A stretch of 64,000 nucleotides of DNA, from assembly GCF_016026235.1 (NCBI RefSeq), contig NZ_CP065613.1. One strand, given 5' to 3'. The notes beneath the pieces are model-generated. The model was not told the DNA's origin and did not search any database. It was given only the letters and a program-made list of their open reading frames with translations. The translations under genes and the position numbers were made by a program. Origin of the DNA: Escherichia coli. Lineage in GTDB: Bacteria > Pseudomonadota > Gammaproteobacteria > Enterobacterales > Enterobacteriaceae. Shown here one piece after another: positions 11,509-22,978 of the stretch. Each line of letters opens with the position of its first letter. Positions within the stretch are counted from its first letter, which is position 1.

Positions 11509-12501
11509 TCACTCTTTCTCCATGTTCAGCGGGAAATGACAGGCATAGAGATGATTTTTCGCCCCCGTCAAACGTGGCGTCACAATGCATTCTCGTTGTG
11601 CATACGGGCAACGTGGCCCCAGACGACAACCAATCGGTAACTGTTCCAGCAGTGGGATAGCGCCGGGCAGCGTATTGAGGCGACTTTTATGCGGCATCGC
11701 GCTGCCGAAGTCTGGTATCGCGCGGATCAGCGCTTGGGTATAAGGATGATGTGGCATCGTCACCAACTCCTTACTCGGCGCGGTTTCCACTGTTTGACCG
11801 CAGTAAAGCACGTTAATTTTATCCGCCCATTGGCTAAGCATTTGTAAGTCATGGCTGATAAGCAAAATAGTGGTATTGCTGTTTTGGTTGAGACGCGTCA
11901 GCAGGCGAAAGATTTGCGCCTGGGTTGTTGGCTCCATTGAGTTGGTCGGTTCGTCAGCAATCAGCAGACGCGGTTGATTCGCCAGTGCAATGGCTATCAT
12001 CACTTTCTGACATTCACCTTCGGTCAACTCATAGGGAAAACTGCGCATCGCATCTTTGTGATCTTTAATCCCCACGCGGTGCAGCAGTTCAATGGCACGG
12101 CGTTTGCGCCAGCCAAAACGCTGCCACCAACGGCCTTTATAGGTCCAGGCTGGGATGTTTTGCATCAACTGGCGACCCACACGTTCTGAAGGGTCAAGAC
12201 ACGACTGCGGTTCCTGGAAAATCATCGACACGTTATGGCCAACCAGTTTGCGCCGTTCGCGTGCGGAGAGACGCAGCAAATCGATATCATCAAAACGCAT
12301 ACGGTCAGCAGTAACACGCCAGTTATCTTTATTCACCCCACAAATCGCTTTCGCAATCAAACTCTTGCCGGAACCGGATTCACCAACAAGACCGCGGATT
12401 TCACCTTCGGTTAAGGTCATACTTACCCGGTCGACGGCTTTAACCCACTCATCACCGGTTTTAAATTCAATGGTCAGGTTACGAATATCGAGTAATGGCA
12501 T
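11509..12501 (-). CDS. sapD: ABC transporter ATPase SapD
   Basis: 330 aa; Walker A GESGSGKS; stop is adjacent to the sapF start. Confidence 0.9.
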
Positions 12502-13391
12502 TATTCCACCCCCGCAATAATCGCACGACGAACGCCATCGCCAAGGAGGTTAACCAACAACACGCTAATCATAATTGCCGCACCTGGCAGCATGACAGTC
12601 CACGGGGCGACATAAATCAGTTCCAGCGCATCACCGAGCATCGCTCCCCATTCAGGCGAGGGGAGTTGTGCGCCGAGATCGAGAAAGCCCAGCGCGGCGA
12701 TATCGAGAATTGCCATCGACAGTGCGCGGGTGATCTCGGTGACCAGCCCGGCGGTGATGTTTGGCATCACAGCAAACCAGAGAATATTCAGCGTTGATGC
12801 GCCATCCAGACGGGCGGCGATAACGTACTCTTTTTCCAGTTCGTCATGCACCATGCTGTAAATCGAACGTACCATACGCGGCAGCAATGCCAGCCAGACA
12901 GCAAACATAGCGTGGGACAAACTCGGTCCGGCAAACGCTACAACGATAATTGCCAACAGCAGGGAAGGGATCGCCAGTAAGGTATCCAGAATATGGTTAA
13001 GCACCGCTGAGCGGAGGCCGTGTGTCGCCCCGGCGAAGGTGCCCAGTACCAGGCCACAGATCGTCGCGGCAAGCGTCACCACAAATGCGCCACCCACGGT
13101 TGGCGCAGCTCCGCTCAGTAAACGGCTTAAAACATCGCGTCCGAGGTCGTCAGTCCCCAGGAAGAAAGAAACTTCGCCATAGCGCGACCATGATGGCGGC
13201 AATAATTGATAACCGAGAAATTGCTGGTCGATGCCGTAAGGCGCAAACCAGCCGCCAAAAATACACAGTACAGCCAGCCCCGCGCAGCCGTACAGGCCGA
13301 CCATCGCAGAGGCGTCACTATAAAATTTGCGCCAGGCGGTACGCAGCGTGCCCGGCGGGCGCTTTTCGCTGTATACGCTATCGTAAGGCAT
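12501..13391 (-). CDS. sapC: ABC transporter permease SapC
   Basis: 296 aa polytopic membrane protein, Opp/Dpp-type permease. Confidence 0.9.
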
Positions 13392-14343
13392 ACCATTCCT
13401 TATGTTTCAGAGGGTTAGCCATGGCACCCAAAATATCAGAAATCACGTTAACAATAATGACCAGTGAGCCACACACCATCACTCCGGCGGAAATGGCTGC
13501 GTAATCCTGCTGGCGGATGGCGTTAATTAACCAGCGCCCTAAACCCGGCCAGCTAAAAACCATTTCGGTGATCATCGCCAGCGTCAGCATGGTGGAAAAC
13601 TGTAAGCCCAGGCGAGGAATAACCGGCGGTAACGCGTTATGCAGAACGTGGCGACGCAAAATAGTAAAGCGCGACAAACCGCGGGTCGCCGCCGCTTTTA
13701 CATAGTTCTGGTCATACACTTCAATAGTGCTGATACGCATCAGGCGGATCACTTCAGTTGTTGGCGCAACCGACAGGGTGATCACGGGCAATATCATATG
13801 GCGGATTGCGCTCATGATCATTTCATCCCGCCATGGTGAGTCCGAAAGCCAGGCATCAATCAACGCAAAACCGGTAATCGGTTTCACTTCGTAGAGCAGA
13901 TCGAAACGCCCTGAAACGGGCAACCAACCTAGCGTGAGTGAACAAAACAGTGTCAACAGAAGCGCCAGCCAGAACACCGGGATTGAAAAGCCCAGTAAGG
14001 CGATGGCGTTGATCAAGTTATCCTGCCACTTATGGCGCGTAATCCCGGCAATCATCCCCACGGGGATGCCAACAATCAGCGCAAAACCGAAGGCGAGGAT
14101 GCACAGTTCCATCGTCGCCGGGAAGACCTCTTTTAACTGTTCGGCAATTGGTTGACCGTTAATGCTGGAAACACCAAAATCCCAGTGGATCAGGCCATTA
14201 AACCAGAACACCCAGGCATTCCACAGTGACGCGCCTTGTAACGGCGCGTGTGGAGTGAAATAGCTCAAGCTGAAGCCAACGAAGGTCAGCAGGAACAAGG
14301 TGACAATCAATAACAAAATGCGGCGTAAGGTGAAGATAATCAT
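13378..14343 (-). CDS. sapB: ABC transporter permease SapB
   Basis: 321 aa polytopic membrane protein; overlaps the sapC start. Confidence 0.9.
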
Positions 14344-15983
14344 GGTTTTTTCACCTCATCCTGTTTCTCGCGATACACCCCAGCAAAGGAGGCGTTACCA
14401 AACGGGCTAAGTACCAGACCTTTGATATCGTACCGATAGGCCTGCAAACGCAATGACGACGCCAGCGGCAAAATGGGCAATTCCTGCGCCAGAATACTCT
14501 GCGCTTCGTCATAGGCTTCAATACGCGCCGCCAACTGCTGCGAGGAGAGCGCCTTACGCAACACGCTGTCGAATTTCGGATCGCACCAGTGGGCGAGGTT
14601 GGTCTGTGAATGAATTGCCGCGCAGCTCAGTAACGGACGGAAGAAACTGTCCGGGTCGTTACTGTCCGTCGCCCAACCGGATAACGTCAGATCATGGCTC
14701 ATATCCATCAACCGCGCCTCCTGAAAGCGACCTTCTACCGGCACAATCACCACTTTTACGCCAACCTGCGCCATATCCGCCTGAATCAGTTCGGCAGTTT
14801 TCAGTGGACTGGGGTTCCACGCCTGCGAACGTGTGGGCACCCACAGTTTCAGCGTTAAATTTTCCAGCCCCAACGACTTCAACTGTTCGCGCGATTTCGC
14901 CGGATTGTATTCAGTAATTTTAGCCTCGTTGTCATAGGCCCACGAGGCGCGCGGTAAAATAGAGGCCGCCGTTTCAGCCGTACCATAATAGATGGATTGC
15001 ATCAGGCGCTGGTTATTAATCGCCAGTGCCAGCGCATGGCGGACAGCGGGATTATTTAGCGGCGGTTTGGCGGTGTTAAATGCCAGATAGGCGACGTTCA
15101 TCCCAGGACGCAGCGTTAAACGCAAGCGCGGGTCGTCACGCAAAATGGATAGCTGGCTGGCAGCAGGCCAGGCCAGAACGTCGCATTCCCCGGTCAGGAG
15201 TTTAGACAGACGTCCGGTGCCGCCGGAGCCTAAATCCACCACCACCTGCGGCATTAACGGTTTACCGCGCCAGAAGTCATCATGACGTTGTAGGCGAATA
15301 AATTGCCCGGCGCGGTATTCCGACAACTGATACGGTCCAGTGCCGACCGGTTGACGGTCGAGTTGCTCCTGGCGATCTTCTTTCTCTAACTTCCGGGCAT
15401 ATTCTGCCGACATGACCGAAGCATAATGGGTTGCGAGGTGCCACAAAAAAGAAGCATCCGGCTGAGCCAGACGGAACTCAACGGTATGATTATCCAGTTT
15501 ACGGACGCTTTTCACGTTATCGGCAAATTGCAGGCTGTCGAAGTAGGGGAAGTTGCTGCCGTTGACGTTATGCCACGGGTTGTTGCGGTCAAAAATTCGC
15601 TGGAAGGTAAACACCACATCGTCGGCATTCATTTTACGAGTGGGAGTAAACCAGTCGGTTTTTTGAAACGGAACATCGCGACGCAGGTGGAAGCGATAGG
15701 TCGCGCCGTTGTCGAGTACTTCCCAGCTTTCGGCAAGTTCCGGCATCAGGCGATAGGTATAGGGATCGACATCCAGCAGTCGATCATAAAACTGGGCGGC
15801 AAGGGTATCGACAATTAACCCACTGCTCGCTTTGGATGGGTTAAAGGTGTTGACTTGCCCGCTGACGCAATAGACAAAACCGCTGTCGCGGATATCAGCA
15901 TGCGGGGGGGATTCAGGCGCGGCGATTGCCTGACCACTCACAAGTCCAGCAATCACCAAAAGAGACGATAATACCTGGCGCAT
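14340..15983 (-). CDS. sapA: Periplasmic substrate-binding protein SapA
   Basis: ORF 14340..16034; probable start at [21 protein letters not shown] (signal peptide); family 5 SBP. Confidence 0.88.
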   Translation of the reverse strand: MRQVLSSLLVIAGLVSGQAIAAPESPPHADIRDSGFVYCVSGQVNTFNPSKASSGLIVDTLAAQFYDRLLDVDPYTYRLMPELAESWEVLDNGATYRFHLRRDVPFQKTDWFTPTRKMNADDVVFTFQRIFDRNNPWHNVNGSNFPYFDSLQFADNVKSVRKLDNHTVEFRLAQPDASFLWHLATHYASVMSAEYARKLEKEDRQEQLDRQPVGTGPYQLSEYRAGQFIRLQRHDDFWRGKPLMPQVVVDLGSGGTGRLSKLLTGECDVLAWPAASQLSILRDDPRLRLTLRPGMNVAYLAFNTAKPPLNNPAVRHALALAINNQRLMQSIYYGTAETAASILPRASWAYDNEAKITEYNPAKSREQLKSLGLENLTLKLWVPTRSQAWNPSPLKTAELIQADMAQVGVKVVIVPVEGRFQEARLMDMSHDLTLSGWATDSNDPDSFFRPLLSCAAIHSQTNLAHWCDPKFDSVLRKALSSQQLAARIEAYDEAQSILAQELPILPLASSLRLQAYRYDIKGLVLSPFGNASFAGVYREKQDEVKKP

Positions 15984-16230
15984 AATATTAGGGATTTTAT
16001 GTAAAGAGGCTATCTTACTAATATTTAATGACATTTGCCATTACCGTTTGTGTTCAGGGGTCGTAATGAGGGCCGTGTGGTTGGTCGTTGAACAGGTGGC
16101 GTCGCCATCTGTTCAACATTCGTACCCGTGATTTCTCTATAACTATAACTCACAGAACAACTTAGCGAGGAGCAGAGCGGTACGATCGTGAGAAACCCAT
16201 TAAAGCACGCTGCAGTGCGTGTCATTGTTA

Positions 16231-16262
16231 GCCGGATGCGGCGTGAACGCTTTATCTGGACA
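16231..16262. repeat. REP (repetitive extragenic palindromic) element
   Basis: GCCGGATGCGGCGTGAACGCTTTATCTGG matches the REP consensus; lies downstream of ymjA. Confidence 0.55.
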
Positions 16263-16294
16263 ACGATACTGACCGATCGTCTGCAATTAAATAA

Positions 16295-16540
16295 TTACTC
16301 ATTACCCCATTGATTCAAAAACTCTGCGATCTCATCAATGCGTACGGGATTAATCCCCGCTTCAGCAGCCATTTCATGTTGGGCTTCTTCGCTGATCTCT
16401 TCATTGTTCATCAAACGGGTGAGCAGTAACTGGAAGTAGTGGGCCAGCGGTGTGCGTTCAGCCTCTGCGACAGGCTCTGCGCATTCGGTCGCGTACTCAT
16501 CGGCAATATCAAAATATTTTAGCGGGATATCGTGGTTCAT
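16295..16540 (-). CDS. ymjA: Small acidic protein YmjA (DUF2543)
   Basis: 81 aa [22 protein letters not shown]... Confidence 0.8.
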
Positions 16541-16673
16541 TATTTGCCCCTGGGGTTAATGCGCTAAGCATAAGGGCGGATGATAGCACTCGTGATCCGG
16601 GTCATACATCTTTTTATAGTTAATGGCGCGGCGCATTACCCTCAGGCAGGATAATGCGGCGCGCATCCGACTA

Positions 16674-18059
16674 TTACGTTTCGCTCACCGGCGTTCTGTC
16701 ACCTTCGTACAGCGGCACTTTGCGATAGCGGCGGATCAGATACCACAAATATGCGCCGCCTAACGAAGCCCATACCAGACCCAGCGTCAGCGAGGTGGCT
16801 TCGAGGTTAATCCACAGCACGCCGACCGTCAGCGCGCCAACCAGCGGCATTAATAAATAGTGGAAGTGTTCCTTCCAGCTTTTATTCATTCCTTTGCGCC
16901 GCCAGAAGTGGTTGAACACCGACAGGTTAACGAAGGTAAACGCTACCAACGCGCCGAAGTTAATTAACGCTGTGGCGGTAACTAAATCGAAGAACAGCGC
17001 CGACATCGCGACAATTCCGACCATAATGACGTTCAGTGCCGGAGTCCGCCATTTTGGGTGCACATAGCCAAACACGCGCTCCGGAAACACATTGTCGCGC
17101 CCCATCACATACAGCAGACGTGACACGCTGGCATGTGAGGCCAGGCCAGACGCTAACGTGTTCACAAACGTGGTGCAGAGGAAAATCGACTGGAACAGCT
17201 TACCGCCGACGTAGAGTGCAATTTCAGGCAGTGCGGCGTCCGGGTCTTTAAAGCGGCTGATATCGGGGAAGAACAGCTGCATAAAGAACGACGCCGCGAT
17301 AAAGATAACGCCACCATAGACCGCCGTCAGGAAGATGGCTTTCGGGATCACGCGTGCGGCGTCTGGTGTCTCTTCCGAAAGTGTGGTCACCGCATCGAAA
17401 CCGAGGAACGAGAAACAGACAATCGTCGCCCCGGTAATAATCGGAATCAGATGCGCGTTCTCGCTGATAAACGGCTGAAGTGACCAGACGGTGCCAACGC
17501 CTTCTCCTTTATGCAGTCCCTGAACCACCAGGAAGATAAACACCACCATGATGGAGATTTGCACCAGTACAAACAGGGTATTGAAGTTAGCGACCAGGTT
17601 GACGCTCTTCAGATTCGCGGCGGTTAAAATGGCGACGAAGGTTACCACCCACACCCACGGCGGCACTTCCGGGAAGAGGGCGGAGAGATAGATTTTCGCC
17701 AACAAAACGTTGATCATCGGCAAAAAGAGATAATCCAGCAGTGATGACCAGCCGACCATAAATCCGACGTGCGGGTTAATCGACTTTTGCGCGTAGGTAT
17801 AGGCCGAACCGGCCTCCGGAAACTGGCGAACCAGTTTGCCGTAGCTGATAGCGGTAAACAGCACGCCCGCCAGCGCCAGCAAATAGGACGCCGGGACGTG
17901 ACCGTCGCTAATGCCAGATACAATGCCAAAGGTATCGAACACAGTCATCGGCGTGAGATAGGCCAGACCCATCATTACCACCTGCCACAATTTCAGTGAT
18001 TTTCGCAGACGGGTTTTGCCGGGTTGCGCAGCAATATTCAGTGGTGAATTAATAGCCAT
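16674..18059 (-). CDS. puuP: Putrescine importer PuuP (APC family)
   Basis: ORF 16674..18113; probable start at [12 protein letters not shown]; about 12 transmembrane segments. Confidence 0.9.
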   Translation of the reverse strand: MAINSPLNIAAQPGKTRLRKSLKLWQVVMMGLAYLTPMTVFDTFGIVSGISDGHVPASYLLALAGVLFTAISYGKLVRQFPEAGSAYTYAQKSINPHVGFMVGWSSLLDYLFLPMINVLLAKIYLSALFPEVPPWVWVVTFVAILTAANLKSVNLVANFNTLFVLVQISIMVVFIFLVVQGLHKGEGVGTVWSLQPFISENAHLIPIITGATIVCFSFLGFDAVTTLSEETPDAARVIPKAIFLTAVYGGVIFIAASFFMQLFFPDISRFKDPDAALPEIALYVGGKLFQSIFLCTTFVNTLASGLASHASVSRLLYVMGRDNVFPERVFGYVHPKWRTPALNVIMVGIVAMSALFFDLVTATALINFGALVAFTFVNLSVFNHFWRRKGMNKSWKEHFHYLLMPLVGALTVGVLWINLEATSLTLGLVWASLGGAYLWYLIRRYRKVPLYEGDRTPVSET

Positions 18060-18361
18060 AATTGCTGCCTCCCCTGCGTAATAAGGTTTGCGGTCGTGTC
18101 GACCTGAAATCAAACCTGTTTAGCAAGGGAAGCAAAGGGGGCGGAGTCCAGTCAGTCGCAGGAGGGGCGCATACGCAGCCTCCCTCGCCATGCGGGGATT
18201 TAATCATCGGCATCATCTCATTTCCTCGTCACAGTCTTAATCGTTAACGGAAGCCCGTTGCCGCCTGCGCTCCATAACGCGACATCCGGGAAATGTCTGG
18301 ATTACCAGCAAATGTCAGGCCTGGCTCCGCTCAGGCCGATGAAACAACCCCGCAAGGGGTA

Positions 18362-19780
18362 CTATGCGTTTTTCAACATCCACTCAATTTCTGTTTCTGT
18401 GATGAGGCGCTCAAACTGCAACAGCTCATCATTTTTACAGGCGTGAAACACATGGCAAAACCGTTCGCCTAAATAGCGGCGCAGGTGATCATTCTCGATA
18501 AACTCACCCAGGGCATCGCTCTGGCGAATCGGGAAGGGTAAGCCATCCTGTTCCAGCCCGTTGCCTTCGACTTCTTCCTGCAACGGCAGCTCGTTATCAA
18601 GACCGTGCAAAATACCGGCAAAAATGGCTGCCATCACCAGATATGGGTTGGCATCGGCACCCGCCACGCGATATTCCACGCGGTGATTATGGCGATCGCC
18701 GCATGGAATACGCAGGGCGACGGTACGGTTATTATGGCCCCACGACGCCTGCGTCGGTACATACATCCCCGGCTGGAAGCGGCGATACGAGTTCACGTTT
18801 GGTGCCAGCAACGCCATTGATGACGGCATCAGATCGATCATTCCGGCGAGCATTTTTTTCAGCAGCGGCGAATCTTCGCCTTCCGCGTCAGAAAGCACGT
18901 TCTCGCCACGATTATTTTGCATACTGATATGGATATGCATTCCGCTGCCCGCGTGCTCTTCATACGGCTTCGCCATAAAAGTGGCGTGCATCTTATGCTT
19001 TTCTGCCATCAGACGCACCAGGCGTTTTAGTGCCAGCGCATCATCGCAGGCTTCCAGCACGTTATCAGTATGGTAAAGGTTGATTTCAAACTGACCCGGC
19101 GAGGCCTCAGCGACCGCGCCATCTGCCGGAATCAGCTGTAACTGCGCCAGTTCATCAATATCATTGAGCACATCGGCGAAGTGGTTGAGGTTATCAACCG
19201 AGTAAACCTGGCTTTGTGTATTGCGGTCATCGGTGCCGGGCGCGCAGGGCGGCTGCAGATACCCTTCAGCGTCGCGCTGACGATCCAGTAAATAGAACTC
19301 CAGCTCTACCGCTACGACCGGGAACAATCCGCGCTGGCGCAGCTGCTGCCACAGGCGGTTAAGAACGTTCCGCGGCTCAACGTCAAAGGGAGCGCCATCT
19401 TCATCGACCATGGTCAGGAGCATCTGACCGATAAACTCTGGATCGGCGGCAGAAGGGGTTAAGGAACCAAGAACAGGGACACAGGTACGATCCGGCTCAC
19501 CCATTTCCTGACCCAGGCCTGCTTCTTCTACTACGTTGCCCAGAATATCCATTGCAAACACCGAGGCCGGGAAATAACACCCTTTCTCGAGCTTCTTCAG
19601 GCTTGAAACAGGAATACGTTTTCCACGGAAGCAACCATTCAAATCGGTAAGTAAAACATCAACATATTGCGTATTCGGGTAGCGCTCCAGGTAGCGTTTC
19701 ACTTCCTGCGTAAAGGCGCTACCCCGCCTCTCTTCTGACTGCTGAACAAAGTTCTCTACTTCAACGATATTGGTTTCCAT
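18362..19780 (-). CDS. puuA: Gamma-glutamylputrescine synthetase
   Basis: ORF 18362..19858; probable start at METNIVEVENF; glutamine synthetase-like catalytic domain. Confidence 0.9.
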   Translation of the reverse strand: METNIVEVENFVQQSEERRGSAFTQEVKRYLERYPNTQYVDVLLTDLNGCFRGKRIPVSSLKKLEKGCYFPASVFAMDILGNVVEEAGLGQEMGEPDRTCVPVLGSLTPSAADPEFIGQMLLTMVDEDGAPFDVEPRNVLNRLWQQLRQRGLFPVVAVELEFYLLDRQRDAEGYLQPPCAPGTDDRNTQSQVYSVDNLNHFADVLNDIDELAQLQLIPADGAVAEASPGQFEINLYHTDNVLEACDDALALKRLVRLMAEKHKMHATFMAKPYEEHAGSGMHIHISMQNNRGENVLSDAEGEDSPLLKKMLAGMIDLMPSSMALLAPNVNSYRRFQPGMYVPTQASWGHNNRTVALRIPCGDRHNHRVEYRVAGADANPYLVMAAIFAGILHGLDNELPLQEEVEGNGLEQDGLPFPIRQSDALGEFIENDHLRRYLGERFCHVFHACKNDELLQFERLITETEIEWMLKNA

Positions 19781-19916
19781 GATTCTTCGCCTTTGGTTTG
19801 TTTTCCGCTCGTTATCAAAGCGTAAAATATAATGACCACTATTCGAATCTGTATGCAAACTAAATGTTTGTTAAATGTTAAATTGAGTTTGCAAAAATGA
19901 AAACCCACTGCTAGAT

Positions 19917-19936
19917 TGAAAAAATATTGAACATAA
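19917..19936. promoter_or_regulatory. Candidate PuuR operator in the divergent puuA-puuD control region
   Basis: AAAAATATTGAACAT resembles the recalled PuuR motif AAAATATAATGAACA; related AAATGTT repeats lie at 19862-19885. Confidence 0.35.
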
Positions 19937-19991
19937 AGGTCATTTAAACCGCAGTAATGGCGATAATTTAGTCCACTTTGTGAGATTGAGC

Positions 19992-20756
19992 ATGGAAAAT
20001 ATAATGAACAATCCGGTTATCGGTGTCGTAATGTGCAGGAACAGGCTTAAGGGTCATGCGACCCAGACTCTGCAAGAAAAGTACCTGAATGCCATCATCC
20101 ACGCAGGCGGTTTGCCAATTGCGCTGCCACATGCGCTGGCGGAACCGTCCTTACTTGAACAACTTTTGCCGAAACTCGATGGCATTTATCTTCCTGGTAG
20201 TCCCAGCAATGTGCAGCCGCACCTATATGGTGAAAACGGCGATGAGCCTGACGCCGATCCCGGGCGTGATCTTCTGAGCATGGCGTTAATTAATGCCGCA
20301 CTCGAAAGGCGCATCCCCATTTTCGCCATCTGCCGGGGTTTACAGGAACTGGTGGTGGCAACCGGTGGTTCGTTGCATCGCAAGCTGTGCGAACAGCCTG
20401 AATTGCTGGAACATCGGGAAGATCCCGAACTGCCGGTGGAACAGCAATATGCACCGTCGCATGAAGTTCAGGTTGAAGAGGGGGGATTACTGTCTGCGTT
20501 GTTACCTGAATGTAGCAACTTTTGGGTAAACTCTCTGCATGGACAAGGGGCGAAGGTCGTTAGCCCACGGTTGCGTGTTGAAGCTCGCTCGCCGGATGGC
20601 TTAGTTGAGGCGGTTAGCGTCATCAATCATCCTTTTGCGCTGGGCGTACAGTGGCACCCGGAATGGAACAGTAGCGAGTACGCGCTTTCGCGTATATTGT
20701 TCGAGGGCTTTATCACCGCTTGTCAGCACCATATCGCTGAAAAACAGCGACTCTGA
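19992..20756 (+). CDS. puuD: Gamma-glutamyl-gamma-aminobutyrate hydrolase
   Basis: ORF 19980..20756; class I glutamine amidotransferase-like with catalytic Cys in AICRG. Confidence 0.9.
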   Translation: MENIMNNPVIGVVMCRNRLKGHATQTLQEKYLNAIIHAGGLPIALPHALAEPSLLEQLLPKLDGIYLPGSPSNVQPHLYGENGDEPDADPGRDLLSMALINAALERRIPIFAICRGLQELVVATGGSLHRKLCEQPELLEHREDPELPVEQQYAPSHEVQVEEGGLLSALLPECSNFWVNSLHGQGAKVVSPRLRVEARSPDGLVEAVSVINHPFALGVQWHPEWNSSEYALSRILFEGFITACQHHIAEKQRL

Positions 20757-20782
20757 CCACTACAGTTTAAGGAAATGCAAAT

Positions 20783-21340
20783 ATGAGTGATGAGGGACTG
20801 GCGCCAGGAAAACGCTTGTCGGAAATCCGCCAGCAGCAGGGGCTTTCACAACGTCGTGCCGCCGAACTCTCCGGGCTGACTCACAGTGCTATCAGTACGA
20901 TAGAACAAGATAAAGTCAGCCCTGCCATCAGTACGCTGCAAAAGCTGCTGAAGGTGTATGGTCTGTCACTCTCGGAATTCTTTTCCGAGCCGGAAAAACC
21001 TGATGAGCCGCAGGTCGTCATTAATCAGGACGATTTAATTGAGATGGGCAGTCAGGGTGTGTCAATGAAGCTGGTTCATAACGGTAACCCGAATCGCACG
21101 CTGGCGATGATCTTTGAAACGTACCAGCCGGGCACAACCACTGGGGAAAGAATTAAGCATCAGGGTGAGGAAATAGGCACTGTACTGGAAGGTGAAATTG
21201 TTCTGACGATTAATGGTCAGGATTACCACCTCGTCGCGGGGCAAAGTTATGCCATTAATACCGGCATCCCGCACAGTTTCAGTAATACGTCGGCAGGTAT
21301 TTGCCGAATTATCAGCGCCCATACGCCCACCACGTTTTAA
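20783..21340 (+). CDS. puuR: HTH/cupin repressor PuuR
   Basis: 185 aa; N-terminal XRE-type HTH (LSQRRAAELSGLTHSAISTIEQ) and C-terminal cupin. Confidence 0.9.
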   Translation: MSDEGLAPGKRLSEIRQQQGLSQRRAAELSGLTHSAISTIEQDKVSPAISTLQKLLKVYGLSLSEFFSEPEKPDEPQVVINQDDLIEMGSQGVSMKLVHNGNPNRTLAMIFETYQPGTTTGERIKHQGEEIGTVLEGEIVLTINGQDYHLVAGQSYAINTGIPHSFSNTSAGICRIISAHTPTTF

Positions 21341-21489
21341 TCTTTTTGTTCTGTAAGCCGGGTAAGCGCAATGCGCCCAGCAATCCATAAAGAATGTCGC
21401 CAGAAATAAACGGGCATACGGCCCGGGGATCTCTGCGCCCTGACGTTCACAAACTGCATATATCTGATAGACGTGAAACAGGAGTCATA

Positions 21490-22977
21490 ATGAATTTTCA
21501 TCATCTGGCTTACTGGCAGGATAAAGCGTTAAGTCTCGCCATTGAAACCCGCTTATTTATTAACGGTGAATGTACTGCTGCGGCGGAAAATGAAACCTTC
21601 GAAACATCCGATCCGGTTACCCAGGCACCGCTGGCGAAAATTGCCCGCGGCAAGAGCGTCGATATCGACCGTGCGGTGAGCGCAGCACGCGGCGTATTTG
21701 AACGCGGCGACTGGTCACTCTCTTCTCCGGCTAAACGTAAAGCGGTACTGAATAAACTCGCCGATTTAATGGAAGCCAACGCCGAAGAGCTGGCACTGCT
21801 GGAAACTCTCGACACCGGCAAACCGATTCGTCACAGTCTGCGTGATGATATTCCCGGCGCGGCGCGCGCCATTCGCTGGTACGCCGAAGCGATCGACAAA
21901 GTGTATGGCGAAGTGGCGACCACCAGTAGCCATGAGCTGGCGATGATCGTGCGTGAACCGGTCGGCGTAATTGCCGCCATCGTGCCGTGGAACTTCCCGC
22001 TGCTGCTGACTTGCTGGAAACTCGGCCCGGCGCTGGCGGCGGGAAACAGCGTGATTCTAAAACCGTCTGAAAAATCACCGCTCAGTGCGATTCGTCTCGC
22101 CGGGCTGGCGAAAGAAGCAGGTCTGCCGGATGGCGTACTGAACGTAGTAACGGGTTTTGGTCATGAAGCGGGGCAGGCGCTTTCGCGTCATAACGATATC
22201 GATGCCATCGCCTTTACCGGTTCAACCCGTACCGGGAAACAGCTGCTGAAAGATGCGGGCGACAGCAACATGAAACGCGTCTGGCTGGAAGCGGGCGGCA
22301 AAAGCGCCAACATCGTTTTCGCTGACTGTCCGGATTTGCAACAGGCGGCAAGCGCCACCGCAGCAGGCATCTTCTACAACCAGGGGCAGGTGTGCATCGC
22401 CGGAACGCGCCTGTTGCTGGAAGAGAGCATTGCCGATGAATTCTTAGCCCTGTTAAAACAGCAGGCGCAAAACTGGCAGCTGGGGCATCCGCTCGACCCC
22501 GCAACCACCATGGGCACCTTAATCGACTGCGCCCACGCCGACTCGGTCCATAGCTTTATTCGGGAGGGCGAAGGTAAAGGGCAACTGCTGCTGGATGGCC
22601 GCAACGCCGAACTGGCTGCGGCCATCGGCCCGACAATCTTTGTGGATGTAGACCCGAATGCGTCCTTAAGCCGCGAAGAGATTTTCGGTCCGGTGCTGGT
22701 GGTCACGCGTTTCACATCAGAAGAACAGGCGCTACAGCTTGCCAACGACAGCCAGTACGGCCTTGGCGCGGCGGTATGGACGCGCGACCTCTCCCGCGCG
22801 CACCGCATGAGCCGACGCCTGAAAGCCGGTTCCGTCTTCGTCAATAACTACAACGACGGCGATATGACCGTGCCGTTTGGCGGCTATAAGCAGAGCGGCA
22901 ACGGTCGCGACAAATCCCTGCATGCCCTTGAAAAATTCACCGAACTGAAAACCATCTGGATAAGCCTGGAGGCCTGA
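21490..22977 (+). CDS. puuC: Gamma-glutamyl-gamma-aminobutyraldehyde dehydrogenase
   Basis: ORF 21394..22977; start at MNFHHLAYWQ (ATG 21490 after GGAG); aldehyde dehydrogenase catalytic Cys region QGQVCIAG. Confidence 0.9.
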   Translation: MNFHHLAYWQDKALSLAIETRLFINGECTAAAENETFETSDPVTQAPLAKIARGKSVDIDRAVSAARGVFERGDWSLSSPAKRKAVLNKLADLMEANAEELALLETLDTGKPIRHSLRDDIPGAARAIRWYAEAIDKVYGEVATTSSHELAMIVREPVGVIAAIVPWNFPLLLTCWKLGPALAAGNSVILKPSEKSPLSAIRLAGLAKEAGLPDGVLNVVTGFGHEAGQALSRHNDIDAIAFTGSTRTGKQLLKDAGDSNMKRVWLEAGGKSANIVFADCPDLQQAASATAAGIFYNQGQVCIAGTRLLLEESIADEFLALLKQQAQNWQLGHPLDPATTMGTLIDCAHADSVHSFIREGEGKGQLLLDGRNAELAAAIGPTIFVDVDPNASLSREEIFGPVLVVTRFTSEEQALQLANDSQYGLGAAVWTRDLSRAHRMSRRLKAGSVFVNNYNDGDMTVPFGGYKQSGNGRDKSLHALEKFTELKTIWISLEA

Positions 22978-22978
22978 A

